A stretch of DNA of 64,000 nt from an uncultured Actinomycetota bacterium (lineage in GTDB: Bacteria; Actinomycetota; UBA4738; HRBIN12). Shown one piece after another: positions 40,292 through 50,217 of this stretch. The notes below the pieces were generated by a model. The model was not told the origin of the DNA, made no database searches, and worked only from the letters and a program-made list of their open reading frames with translations. Position numbers and translations under genes: made by a program. Positions within the stretch are counted from its first letter, which is position 1, and each line of letters opens with the position of its first letter. The stretch is from the NCBI GenBank assembly GCA_963702405.1, contig CAVPCM010000011.1:19764-83763 (forward strand), given 5' to 3'.

Positions 40292-41791
40292 TCAGGCGCG
40301 GAACACTTCGCGGCCGAGGGAGACCGTCAGGACCGGGCGGAGCCCCTCCACGGTGGACGCATCGAGGGGGTCGGCGTCGTAGGCGGCGAAGTCCGCGTGC
40401 CACCCGGGCTCGAGGGCCCCCTTCTTGCCGTCCTGGCGCCCGAGACGGGCGCTCCCCACCCGGTGGAGCTTGAGCCCCTCGAGCCGCGTCAGTCGCTGGG
40501 TCGGCTCGTGGTGCTCCTCGAGCGCGGCGATCGCGAGCATCGGGTCGAGGGGTGCGACAGGTGCGTCGGAGCCGACGCCGACCTCGATCCCGCGTTCGAG
40601 CATCGTGCGGATCGGGTGCGCGGCCATGGCCCGGGCGGGGCCGAGGCGCTCCTCGTACATCCCGCCTCCCTGGCCCCAGAGTCGATCGAACGCAGGTTGC
40701 ACGGATACGGCGAGACCCAGCATCGCGGTCCGCTCGATCTGATCCGCCGAGGGCAGGACGAAGTGTTCGATCCGATGGCGACGCGCGCGGAAGTGCCGTC
40801 GTTCACGGGAATCCAGCGCCAGGTAGACGCGCTCCCACGTGGCGAGGACCTGTTCGATCGCGCGGTCTCCGATCGCGTGCACGCCCACCTGGAGTCCCGC
40901 GTTGTGGGCCGCGTGGAAGAACTCCGCCATCGCGTCGTCGTCGTGGTACAGCTCGCCCGTGTCCGCGACGTCGTCGTAGGCGTGGGACAGCGCCGCGGTC
41001 CGGGCGCCGATCGAGCCGTCGACCGGGAGGTCCCCGCCGATCGCGGTGAGCCGCCGTTCCATCGCCTCGGGGAGCGACATCGACGCGAGGATCGGTGCGA
41101 CGTCGACCGGCAGCCGGGAACGATGTCCGAGGAGCACCTCCAGGTCCGCGGCGTCGAGGGACATCTCGTGCACCGCCGTCACACCCCGTGACGCGGCGAG
41201 CCCGGCGGCTTGCAGCTGGAACCCCTCGATCGCCCGCGTGTCGTAGGAGGCCTCCGCCCACGCGACGGCCCGTCGGTTGGCCTCCTTCGTGAGGCGGCCG
41301 GTCGGATGTCGTTCCGCGTCGAGTTCGATCCCGTCCGCATCGGCGAGGTCGATCGCGGCGAGTGTCGACGAGCTCACGACGGAGATGTGCCCGTCCGCCC
41401 TCGTCGCCACCACGGGCGTCGGCGTGATCGCGTCGAGGTCCTGTGCGGTCGGGAGCTCGTGCGAGTCCCACCGGGTCTCGTCGAACCCCTCGACGTGCAC
41501 GACAGCGACGCCCTCCGTGGCGCGCCGGCGGACCAGGGCGAGGAAGTCCTGCTTGGAGCGGGACTCCCGCACGTCGGCGTTCGCGAGGGAGCGACCCGTC
41601 GCCGTCAGGTGGACGTGGCTATCGATGAAGCCCGGGACGATCGTCGTCCCGGGGAGATCGATCGTGAGCTCCGCATCGGGGGGCTCTCCGGTGCCGACGC
41701 GTTGGACGTGGCGATCGTCCACGAGGATCCACTCCCCCAACGTGGGATGCGAAAGCGTCACGACCCGCGACGCGCGGTAGAGGGTCCTCAC
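40292..41791 (-). CDS. amidohydrolase-superfamily metal-dependent hydrolase (amidohydrolase 3/YtcJ-like)
   Basis: IVPGFIDSHVHL metal-binding HxH and TIM-barrel hydrolase features. GTG start overlapping the stop of the upstream RT gene (GTGA). Confidence 0.8.
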   Translation of the reverse strand: MRTLYRASRVVTLSHPTLGEWILVDDRHVQRVGTGEPPDAELTIDLPGTTIVPGFIDSHVHLTATGRSLANADVRESRSKQDFLALVRRRATEGVAVVHVEGFDETRWDSHELPTAQDLDAITPTPVVATRADGHISVVSSSTLAAIDLADADGIELDAERHPTGRLTKEANRRAVAWAEASYDTRAIEGFQLQAAGLAASRGVTAVHEMSLDAADLEVLLGHRSRLPVDVAPILASMSLPEAMERRLTAIGGDLPVDGSIGARTAALSHAYDDVADTGELYHDDDAMAEFFHAAHNAGLQVGVHAIGDRAIEQVLATWERVYLALDSRERRHFRARRHRIEHFVLPSADQIERTAMLGLAVSVQPAFDRLWGQGGGMYEERLGPARAMAAHPIRTMLERGIEVGVGSDAPVAPLDPMLAIAALEEHHEPTQRLTRLEGLKLHRVGSARLGRQDGKKGALEPGWHADFAAYDADPLDASTVEGLRPVLTVSLGREVFRA

Positions 41792-42504
41792 GGCGCCGCG
41801 ATGATAGAGGAGTCCCGCTCACCGAGCAGCACCACGGCCGCTTCTTCGCGATCCTCGAAGACCCTCGTCTTGTCCCGATGGAGCTCGAGGCCGATCGCCT
41901 CCCCGGCCGTGCGCATCGCGGCCATCGCGGCCCTGACCTCGTCGGCAGGCCCCCACAGGACGACGTCATCGACCCAACGGAGGTGCCGGGCGCCGGCGCT
42001 CCGGATCGCACGATCCAGGCGGGACAAGGCCGCGTTCGCGAGGACGGCGGATGGCTCCGGGCCCACGGGGAGCCCGCGCACGCCTGCCTCGTGGAACCGG
42101 CGGAGGAGGGCAACCGCCTGCGCGCTCTCCGGACCCAGCAGCACTCCGATCGTCTCGAGCGAGATCGAGGCGTAGCAGTCGCGCACGTCGGCGACCGCGA
42201 ACGTCGCCCCCGGAGCGTCGAGGATCGCCCGCCGGATGCTGCTGCGCCACGTGGCACGTGCCGCTCTCCATGGCGCGAGCGTCCATCCGGCATCGTCTCG
42301 CCTCGCGCGCACGGCCACCACTTCGGGCCCCAGGGAACGCTCGATCCGGCCCAGGAGCGGGCCGACCGACGCTCGGTACGCCGCGTCATCCGCGGGACCG
42401 AGCACGGTCAGCCAGCGGGTTCCGCCGCCGGGCTTGGAGATGGGGATCGATCGCGGGCAGGGGCTGTCATCCCTGCCCGTGGGCCGCGTGGGACGCCGCC
42501 GCAT
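41788..42504 (-). CDS. compact reverse transcriptase (RT motifs 1-7, no thumb/X domain), about 238 aa
   Basis: Motif 1-2 IPISKPGGGTRWLTVLGPADDAAYRA. Motif 3 AVADVRDCYASI. Motif 4 GLPVGPEPSAVLANAAL. Motif 5 RWVDDVVLW. Motif 6 GLELHRDKTRVF. Motif 7 VVLLGE. GGAGGAG RBS 9 nt upstream of ATG 42504. The 116-aa extension in the ORF track is antisense to lrp and judged non-coding. Confidence 0.75.
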   Translation of the reverse strand: MRRRPTRPTGRDDSPCPRSIPISKPGGGTRWLTVLGPADDAAYRASVGPLLGRIERSLGPEVVAVRARRDDAGWTLAPWRAARATWRSSIRRAILDAPGATFAVADVRDCYASISLETIGVLLGPESAQAVALLRRFHEAGVRGLPVGPEPSAVLANAALSRLDRAIRSAGARHLRWVDDVVLWGPADEVRAAMAAMRTAGEAIGLELHRDKTRVFEDREEAAVVLLGERDSSIIAAP

Positions 42505-42545
42505 CGCGTTCGCTCCTCCGGGGGAGACCGGGAGGAGGAGACGCC
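42505..42545 (-). promoter_or_regulatory. hairpin in the RT 5' leader that pairs the Shine-Dalgarno (GGAGGAG) with an upstream CTCCTCC
   Basis: Minus-strand CTCCTCCTCCCGGTCTCCCCCGGAGGAG read directly. Confidence 0.3.
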
Positions 42546-42606
42546 GACCGTAGTACCGGGACCCGGGCGCGAGCAATCGGCCGTCGCGGGGATTCCTCGG
42601 TCCCCC

Positions 42607-43068
42607 GTGTGGGACCATGCCGCCGTGCTGGATGAGCGGGATCTCGCGATCCTCACGGCCCTGCAGGCGGATGGCCGCGCCACGTACGCGGACGTCGGCG
42701 CGACGGTGGGGCTCTCGGCGAGCGCCGTGCACGAGCGTGTCCGGAAGCTCGAGCAGCAAGGGGTGATCCGTGGATACAGGGCCGTCGTGGATCCCGAGGC
42801 CGTCGGTCTGTACGTGACGGCGCTGATCGCCGCGATCCCGCTCGATCCGCATCAGCCCGACGACCTGCCGGCGAGGGTGCGGGAATTCCCGGAGGTCGAG
42901 GACTGCTACTCGGTCGCCGGTGAGGCGAACTACGTGCTGAAGGTCCGGACGAAGACGACGGGTGACCTGGAGGATCTGATCCGGCGACTCCGCGAGAAGG
43001 CGGCGGTGACCACGAACACCACGATCGCGCTCTCGATCCCGTTCGAGGGCCGCGCTCTGCGTCCGTGA
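42607..43068 (+). CDS. Lrp/AsnC family transcriptional regulator
   Basis: LDERDLAILTALQADGRATYADVGATVGLSASAVHERVRKLEQQGVIRGY plus a C-terminal RAM domain. Start is GTG 42607 or GTG 42625. Confidence 0.8.
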   Translation: MWDHAAVLDERDLAILTALQADGRATYADVGATVGLSASAVHERVRKLEQQGVIRGYRAVVDPEAVGLYVTALIAAIPLDPHQPDDLPARVREFPEVEDCYSVAGEANYVLKVRTKTTGDLEDLIRRLREKAAVTTNTTIALSIPFEGRALRP

Positions 43069-43088
43069 CCCGTCGGTAGGATTGGCCC

Positions 43089-44480
43089 GTGCGCCTGTAC
43101 AACACCCTTTCGCGTGCCGTCGAGGAGATCGTTCCCGTCGACGGCCGGTTGGTGCGGATCTACTCGTGCGGTCCCACGGTCTACCGGTACATCCACATCG
43201 GGAACATGCGCTCGTTCATGCTGGGGGATCTGATCCGCCGCGCCCTCCGCTTCGAGGGGCTCGACGTCCGGTGGATCATGAACATCACCGATGTCGGTCA
43301 CATGACCGACGAGGTGAGCGACACGGGCAGAGACAAGATGGAGCTGGCCGAGTCCGATGAAGGGCTCTCGGCAGCCGAGATCGCCGAGAAGTACACCCAG
43401 GCCTTCCTCGAGGACGCCGACCTGGTCGGCATCGAGCGGGCCGACCTGTATCCGCGGGCGACGGACCACATCCCGGAGATGATCTCGATGATCGAGACGC
43501 TGATCGAGAAGGGCCACGCCTACGAGGTCGACGGGACCGTCTACTTCGAGACCACGACCTTCCCGGGGTACGGGAAGCTCTCGGGGAACACGCTCGATCA
43601 ATTGCGAGCGGGGCATCGAACGGAGCTGGCGACGGATCCGGGCAAGCGGCACCCCGAGGACTTCGCGCTGTGGAAGAAGGCCGGCGCGAACCGTCTGTTG
43701 CGATGGCCGAGTCCGTGGGGCGACGGATATCCGGGGTGGCATATCGAGTGCTCCGCGATGTCGATCAAGCATCTGGGCGATCGCTTCGACGTGCACACCG
43801 GGGGCAACGACAACAAGTTCCCGCACCACGAGGACGAGATCGCGCAGTCGGAAGGCGCCGTCGGTCATCCCGTCGTGTCGATCTGGGCACACGGCGGGTT
43901 CCTGCAGATGGGCGGCCAGAAGATGGCGAAATCCGCGAAGAACATCAAGCGGGTGACCGATCTGGCCGAGCAGGGTATCGACCCCCTCGCTTTCCGGTGG
44001 TTCACGTTCCAGACCCGGTATCGATCCGAGATGGACTTCACGTGGGAGGCACTGGAGACGGCCGATCATCGCGTGAAGCAGCTGCGGAGGCACGTCGCCG
44101 AGTGGGGCGAGCCGGTCGACGACCTCGACCCGGCCGCGAAGGAGTTCGATTCACGGTTCCGCGAGGCCGTCGCGAACGACCTCGACATGCCGGCGGCCGT
44201 CCGTGTGGTGAACGACCTCGATCACTCGCCCGACGTCTCGACCGGCGAGAAGAGGAGGCTCCTGGCGACCTGGGATCGCGTCCTCGGACTCGATCTCGAA
44301 CGGGAAGCGCGAGCGGCGTGGGAGCCCACGGTGGAGGTCCGAAAGCTGATAGCAGAACGCGACACCGCTCGAGCGTCGAAGGACTACGCGCGCTCGGACG
44401 AGCTCCGGGACGAGCTCCAGGCGATGGACCTCGAGGTCATGGACACTCCCGAGGGGACGAGGGTCCGCCCGCGAGACTGA
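43089..44480 (+). CDS. cysS: cysteine--tRNA ligase
   Basis: CGPTVYRYIHIGNMRS (HIGH), KMAKS, zinc-binding WHIECS, and a C-terminal anticodon-binding domain. MshC would lack the C-terminal domain. Confidence 0.85.
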   Translation: MRLYNTLSRAVEEIVPVDGRLVRIYSCGPTVYRYIHIGNMRSFMLGDLIRRALRFEGLDVRWIMNITDVGHMTDEVSDTGRDKMELAESDEGLSAAEIAEKYTQAFLEDADLVGIERADLYPRATDHIPEMISMIETLIEKGHAYEVDGTVYFETTTFPGYGKLSGNTLDQLRAGHRTELATDPGKRHPEDFALWKKAGANRLLRWPSPWGDGYPGWHIECSAMSIKHLGDRFDVHTGGNDNKFPHHEDEIAQSEGAVGHPVVSIWAHGGFLQMGGQKMAKSAKNIKRVTDLAEQGIDPLAFRWFTFQTRYRSEMDFTWEALETADHRVKQLRRHVAEWGEPVDDLDPAAKEFDSRFREAVANDLDMPAAVRVVNDLDHSPDVSTGEKRRLLATWDRVLGLDLEREARAAWEPTVEVRKLIAERDTARASKDYARSDELRDELQAMDLEVMDTPEGTRVRPRD

Positions 44481-44484
44481 TCGC

Positions 44485-45372
44485 TCAGTCCATCCCGAGC
44501 GGTCGGCCGAGCCGGGTCGCCGCTCCCTCCAATGCGTCCGTGAGGAAGCGGCTGCCCTCCAAGCCCGGAAGCTCCCCGAGCGTCGCTTCCATCTCCTTGA
44601 CGGCGACCATCCCGTCCGCATCGCCGAAGAGAGAGTGGATCACGAAGTCGGTCTCCGACTGCGGCCGGACACCGGTCCCCACGGGGGCCCAGAGATGTTC
44701 GAGCGCCCACCGGGTGATCGTCCGCGCCTGCCGCGATCGCGCCAGGCGCATCCTGGCCTGCGCCCGGTAGAAGGCGAAGTGTCGTCGTTCGTCCTTGATC
44801 ACGGCCTGGAGGAGCTGGATCAGGACGGGGTGCCCGGTCTTGGCGATGATGCGGTGGTACCCGGTCAGCGTGCCGAGTTCGTTGACGGCGCCCCAGGTCA
44901 TGTGCACGGCGACGAAATCGCGGAACAGCGCGGATCCGAGCAGCGTGCCGATGTGGGAGACGTATCCTTTCGTCCCGAACTTCTGCCGGACCCATTGGTT
45001 CCGGTCGACGCGGGTGGGGAACGGGTCGTCTCCCGACACGTCCTCGAAGGTCGGGGCCACCCGGTACCCGGCCTCGCCGAGGAAGCGGCTGAACGCCTCA
45101 CCGTGCCAGAGCTCCTCGTAGACCCAACACGACAGGAACGCGGTGACCTCGGGATCGAACGAGGCGCGGGTCGCGAGGAGGTCCCGGAGGAACACCACCG
45201 TGTGGGTCTCGATGTCCATCATGTAGGTGAGGCAGCGCGCTTCGGCGGTCGTGACAGCATGCTCTCGGATCCGCGCCCACTCCACGGTGGACAGGTCGAC
45301 CCGCTTCGAGGCACGCAGGTACTTGTCCAGATCGAATTCCGAGGTGTCCATCGTCATGATCCGGTCCTTCAT
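44485..45372 (-). CDS. ferritin-like diiron-carboxylate protein (soluble acyl-ACP desaturase-like)
   Basis: Two ExxH motifs (EELWHGEAF and DERRHFAFY). Confidence 0.55.
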   Translation of the reverse strand: MKDRIMTMDTSEFDLDKYLRASKRVDLSTVEWARIREHAVTTAEARCLTYMMDIETHTVVFLRDLLATRASFDPEVTAFLSCWVYEELWHGEAFSRFLGEAGYRVAPTFEDVSGDDPFPTRVDRNQWVRQKFGTKGYVSHIGTLLGSALFRDFVAVHMTWGAVNELGTLTGYHRIIAKTGHPVLIQLLQAVIKDERRHFAFYRAQARMRLARSRQARTITRWALEHLWAPVGTGVRPQSETDFVIHSLFGDADGMVAVKEMEATLGELPGLEGSRFLTDALEGAATRLGRPLGMD

Positions 45373-45455
45373 GCAGCCGACCTCCCGCTCGCGAACGCTC
45401 TGGGACGTGTTCGCATCCCTCGGGGGTGAGGATTACCCGAGACCCCGGCGGCCGG

Positions 45456-46553
45456 TCAAGCGACGACCTGCAGGTCCCTCGTGCTCCGGTTCAATCGCTC
45501 GACCCCGTCCTCGGTCACGGCCACGATGTCCTCGATCCGGATCCCGAAGCGTCCCTCCAGGTAAACGCCGGGCTCAACGGAGAACGTCATCCCCGGTTCG
45601 AGGACGGTTCTGTCCCCTTCCACCATGTAGGGGCGCTCGTGCAGCTCGAGGCCGATCCCGTGGCCGGTGCGGTGGTTGAACCGCTCGCCGTACCCGGCGG
45701 CCTCGATCACGGCCCTGGCGGCCCGATCGATCTCCTCCGCTCGGATCCCCGGCCGGACGGCATCCACGGCCGCGGCCTGGGCCTCCAGGACGGCCGCGTA
45801 CGCCTGGTCGAATCCCTCGGGGGCCTCCCCGACCACGACGGTCCGCGTGGTGTCGCTGAGGTAGCCCCCCAGCTCTCCCCCGAAGTCCATCACCACCGCG
45901 TCGCGGGGCAGGATCGTCCGGCCCCCGGGCTCGTGGTGGGGGGAAGCGGCGTGCGGGCCGCTGGCGACGATCGTGAACTCCGCCCTGGCGTGACCGTGGC
46001 GGACGAGGAGCTCCGCGAGGTCGTGCGCGACGGCCTCCTCGCTCCTGCCCGCGAAGGACGTCGCCAGGATCTCCCGGAACGTCACGTCCGCCGCCCGGGC
46101 GGCGCGGCGCAGGGCCTCGAGCTCGGAGGCGTCCTTCACGCTCCGGAGCCGACCGAGAACCTCGGACGCCGGGGAGAACGAGGCCCCCGGCATCGCCTCC
46201 TGAAGGCCGATCAGGTGGGAGGCCCAGAGGCGATCGGCCACGGCGACCCGGGCCGCCCCGTCCAGCAGTCTCGCGGCGGCCTCGTACGGGTCGGCGCCGT
46301 CCAGCCAGGGCACCAGCTCGAGGTGCTCCCCCATCGGCGAGGCCGCCGCGAGCGGCCGCTCGAGCTCCGGGACCAGGAGCGCCGGGTCGCGTTCCGGCCG
46401 GAGCACGAGCAGCGTGGGGCGCTCCAGGGGCATCGGGTCGTAGCCCGTGAGGTACGCCAGGTCCGGCGAGGGGGAGACCACGAGGGCATCCAGGCCGCGA
46501 CGCGACGCCTCCTCGTTCGCGCGGCGGATCCGGTCGAGGTGCGGCGCGCTCAT
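45456..46553 (-). CDS. M24 family Xaa-Pro peptidase (PepP/PepQ-like)
   Basis: Creatinase-like N-domain. Metal ligands in VVMDFGG...HRTGHGIGLELHE...IEDIV. Start ATG 46553 overlaps the stop of the upstream gene (ATGA). Confidence 0.85.
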   Translation of the reverse strand: MSAPHLDRIRRANEEASRRGLDALVVSPSPDLAYLTGYDPMPLERPTLLVLRPERDPALLVPELERPLAAASPMGEHLELVPWLDGADPYEAAARLLDGAARVAVADRLWASHLIGLQEAMPGASFSPASEVLGRLRSVKDASELEALRRAARAADVTFREILATSFAGRSEEAVAHDLAELLVRHGHARAEFTIVASGPHAASPHHEPGGRTILPRDAVVMDFGGELGGYLSDTTRTVVVGEAPEGFDQAYAAVLEAQAAAVDAVRPGIRAEEIDRAARAVIEAAGYGERFNHRTGHGIGLELHERPYMVEGDRTVLEPGMTFSVEPGVYLEGRFGIRIEDIVAVTEDGVERLNRSTRDLQVVA

Positions 46554-47467
46554 AGCTTGAAGAGGATCGACCGAGGCATGATCTGGAACGTGACCGGCGT
46601 CGTGCCGAGTGCGACACCGTCGGCGATGACGGGCAGCGGCCGCTCGGATCGGATCTCGAAGCGGATCTTCGCCTTCAGCTCCTGGATGTGCGGGTCGGGG
46701 ACGTGATCGCCGTGGCGGAAGAGCCGCGGGAGCTGCGTGTAGGCGCCCGAACGGGGGCCGGTGAACACGAGGGCGTCCAGGACGCCGTCCCCCGGGAACG
46801 ATCGAGGCGACAAACGGAGGCCGCCTCCGGTGAACTGCGCGTTCGCGACGACGACGTTCCACGCCCGGCCCTCCCAGGTCCGCCGGTCGTGCTCCACCGT
46901 CACCCGGGACGCCTTCGTTTTGAGGTAGCCGCACCAGAAGCCGTAGAACCGCCGCGAGCCGCCCAGCCAGGCCGGAGCCTTCGCCGCACACGCGACCTGT
47001 TGCGCACCCATCCCCACCTGCGCGAGGTTGTGCCCGTACCTCGTGTGGCGCTCCCCCGCGGCGCCGGTGGCCGTGATCTTCATGAGGTCGAGACCGTAGG
47101 TGTTGTCCCCCAGGAGGTGGGTGGCCGCCGACTCCGTGTCGCCCGGGATGCCGAAGCTCCGAACGAGATCGCACCCGCTCCCGGCTCCGATAACGCCGAG
47201 CACTGGCTCCTCCCCGATCGTGCGGCCCTCTCGGAACATCCCGTTCACGACGTCCTGGATGGTCGCGTCGTTCCCCATCGCGACGAGGAACCGGTACCCG
47301 TCGTCGAGGGCCGAGGCCGCGAGCGCGGAGGGATCCGACCCGTTCGCCACCAAGGTCCGGTGCTCCAAGCCACGCTCGTCGAGCGCGCGCTCCAGCAACG
47401 GGAGCTGGGAGAGGATGCCCGCCCGGGGGTCGACGATCACGGCGATCGTGCCGAAGGGGCTGGTCAT
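46550..47467 (-). CDS. diacylglycerol-kinase-catalytic-domain lipid kinase (variant GNDAT motif)
   Basis: DAGK_cat-like fold with GNDAT in place of GGDGT. Confidence 0.65.
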   Translation of the reverse strand: MTSPFGTIAVIVDPRAGILSQLPLLERALDERGLEHRTLVANGSDPSALAASALDDGYRFLVAMGNDATIQDVVNGMFREGRTIGEEPVLGVIGAGSGCDLVRSFGIPGDTESAATHLLGDNTYGLDLMKITATGAAGERHTRYGHNLAQVGMGAQQVACAAKAPAWLGGSRRFYGFWCGYLKTKASRVTVEHDRRTWEGRAWNVVVANAQFTGGGLRLSPRSFPGDGVLDALVFTGPRSGAYTQLPRLFRHGDHVPDPHIQELKAKIRFEIRSERPLPVIADGVALGTTPVTFQIMPRSILFKL

Positions 47468-47494
47468 GACCGAGGTCCCATGGGCGAAGCGTAG

Positions 47495-50151
47495 CTATAC
47501 ACCCGTGTAGGCGACGACGCCGCGGAGGATCGCGGCGCGCCCGGCCCGGACCTGCGCCGCCGTGCCGGGCGGAGCGACGTCCTCGATCTGCCGGAGCAGA
47601 TCGACCAGCTGCTTGCAGTTCCGGATGAAGTCCCCGGGAGCCATGTCCGTCTCCGCGAGGATGTCGTCGAGGGCCTCGCCCTCGGCCCACTGGTGGATCG
47701 GCCTGGCGAATCCCGCTTCGAGCTCGCGGCAGAGCTGCACCTGGTGCTCGTCCTCGGTGCGCCGGACCTTCCGCCACAAACGCTGAAGTCGCTCGTAGCG
47801 CTCCTTCGTCTCCGCCGTCGGCATCTCGCCCGAGAGGGGATCCGCTCCCGTCCCTCGTAGATCACCGCCGACAACAGGGCGACGACCTCGGAGGGCCCGA
47901 GGTCGTCCAGGAGGCCCGACGCGAGCGCCTCCCCCACCAGCAGGTCGCCCTCGCCGTAGATGCGGGTGAGCGTCTGCCCCTTCACGGTGAGCTCCCAGTC
48001 GTCCACGTAGCCCAGCGCCCGCAGGACCGACAGGACCCGGTCGAACTGTCGCGCGAGCGTCTCGGTGCGGACCCTGATCCGCCGCTCGACGCCGCCGAGC
48101 CGTCGCTGGAGCTCCGTCGCCCGGCTCGCCCAGCGCTCGTGCTTCCCGCGCTCAGGGCATCGCCGACACGGATGTGCCGCGGCGAGCTCCTCCAGCCGGG
48201 CAGCCTCGCGTTCGACCTTGGGGTTCGTCTGGGCGCGCCGCGTGCCTCCCCCGGTCTTCACGTCGAGCGCGACGAGGCGAGCCGCGACGTCCCGGCGGAA
48301 CCGCGGGTTGCGCACGCTCCCGGACCGGGGCAACGGGATCTTCGTCAGGACCTGCGGCGGGTCCTCGAAATCCCGCGGCGTCAACCGGAAGAACTGGCGG
48401 TCCTGGGCGAGGACGGTCGGCTTCCCGTCTCGCGAGGACACGACCACCGCGATGCCGCGTCGCCGGGCGCGCGGCACCCACACGACATCGCCCGGACGGA
48501 GCCCCGCGACGCCGGAGCGGACGTCGTCACGACGTCCCTGATCACGTGCACGCCGATCCTCGTCGCGCAGCCGTCGCGCCTTCTCCAGATAGCCCCAGTA
48601 CTCCTCGAAATCACCGAGGTGGCAGGTCATGTTCTTCCGGTAGCCCTCGAGCGTCGCGAGGTCCTGCTGCCGGGATCGCTCGAGCACCACCACGCCCCGG
48701 TCGGCGAGGAACTGCGCGAACGAGGAGTTCAACAGATGATGCGCCTGCTCGGGCGTGTAGTTGCGGACGAGGTTCACCGCCATGTTGTAGGAGGGTCGGA
48801 ACGACGACGCGAGGTCGTAGGTCCGCGTGGCCGCGAGCCCCGCGACCCGCTCGAACGGCACCTGGCGCTGGTAGACGACGACCGCGTGTCCGAGCGCGTC
48901 GATCCCGCGCCGGCCCGCGCGTCCCGTGAGCTGCGTGTACTCACCGGGCGTGACCAGCTCGTGGCGTTCGCCCTGGAACTTCCAGAGGTCCTCGATCACG
49001 ACGCTCTTGGCGGGCATGTTGATCCCCAGCGAGAGGGTCTCCGTCGCGAAGACCACCTTCACGAGCCCTTCCTGGAACAACTCCTCGACCGTCTCCTTGA
49101 ACATGGGGAGCATGCCGGCGTGGTGGGCGGCGACGCCGGTGGTCAGGGACTCGAGGAACTCCGCGAATCCGAGGCTCGTGAGGTCGTCCTCGTCCACCCA
49201 CGCGGCCCGGGTCTCCGCCCGATCCCGGATCGTGGCGGCCTCCTCCCGGGTCGTGAGGCGGACCCCCGCGTCCCGGAGCCAGCCCACGCTCTTCTCGCAG
49301 CCGGACCGGCTGAACACGAAGTAGATCGCCGGCAGCATCCCTTCTTGCGCGAGCACGTCGACCACCTCCTCGCGGCGGGGGACGTAGACGCGGCGGTAGC
49401 CCTCCCGGGGTCGGGAGATCCGCTGGTGCTGCGGCAGCCCCGACCCGCGCCGGTAGTACGTCTTCGTCTTCAGCTCGTGCTGGTCCAGGGAGACGACGTA
49501 GGGGTTCGGCATCAGGATCCCGTCCTGCTCGATGTGCATCGGATGCAGCCGGGGCCCCACGAGGTAGTGATGCTCGAGCGGTACCGGGCGGCGCTCCTCG
49601 ATCACGACGCGGGTGTCGCCACGGAGGGTCGTGATCCACTCGCCGAACTCCTCCGCGTTCGAGATCGTCGCGGAGAGCGCGATCACGCTCACGGAGGGCG
49701 GGAGGTGGATCAGGACCTCCTCCCACACGGCGCCACGGTAGGGGTCCTGCAGGTAGTGCACCTCGTCCATGACGACGGCGTGCAAGCCCGAGAGTGTGGA
49801 CGATCGCTCGTACAACATGTTGCGGAGGACCTCGGTGGTCATGACGACGACGGCCGCCTCCGGATTGATCGCGTTGTCGCCCGTGAGGAGACCGACCGTC
49901 CCCGCGCCGTGTTTCGCGACGAGATCGCCGAACTTCTGGTTCGACAGGGCCTTCAGCGGGGTCGTGTAGAAGGCCTTGGCGCCGCGGTCGAGCGCGCGCT
50001 CGATGGCGAACTCCGCGACGACGGTCTTCCCCGAGCCGGTCGGCGCGGCCACGAGGGTCGACATCCCGCGATGGACGGCATCGATCGCCTCGTGTTGGAA
50101 CGCGTCGAGCGCGAAGGGGAACTGCCGCGCGAAGTCCTCGGGCGTGGTCAC
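47495..50151 (-). CDS. helY: Ski2-like DEAD/DEAH-box helicase HelY, interrupted by an apparent 1-nt frameshift near 47835-47838
   Basis: AAPTGSGKT, DEVH and helicase-C motifs in ORF 47464..50151. The genuine C-terminal DSHCT-like segment (ETKERYERLQRLW...IHQWAEGEALDDIL) is in a different frame (ORF 47495..47824). The junction maps to a C4/G4 run. Confidence 0.8.
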
Positions 50152-50217
50152 GGTGGGGCCAGTCTACGGGCGGTCCTCCGTTGCCCCGGTTGGGATGCCC
50201 GCGGGGCGTGGGGCTAG

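Noticed and set aside
31925-42504. Diversity-generating retroelement hypothesis (RT plus large surface proteins)
   Set aside because: The RT is 5 kb from the DUF11 genes, with housekeeping ppm1 between them. The DUF11 C-termini are sorting signals, not C-type-lectin variable regions. No TR/VR repeat pair was recognisable by eye, though this cannot be excluded without a repeat search.
42505-42606. Retron msr/msd upstream of the RT
   Set aside because: Only about 100 nt separate the RT start from the divergent lrp start. Hairpins are present, but no a1/a2-type long inverted repeat bracketing a 150-250-nt ncRNA was seen. The downstream 314-nt structured region is the better ncRNA candidate.
41788-42852. 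116-aa N-terminal extension of the RT ORF
   Set aside because: It is antisense to the Lrp/AsnC gene, shows no RT motif 0, and the ATG at 42504 has a strong GGAGGAG RBS. It is treated as non-coding read-through.
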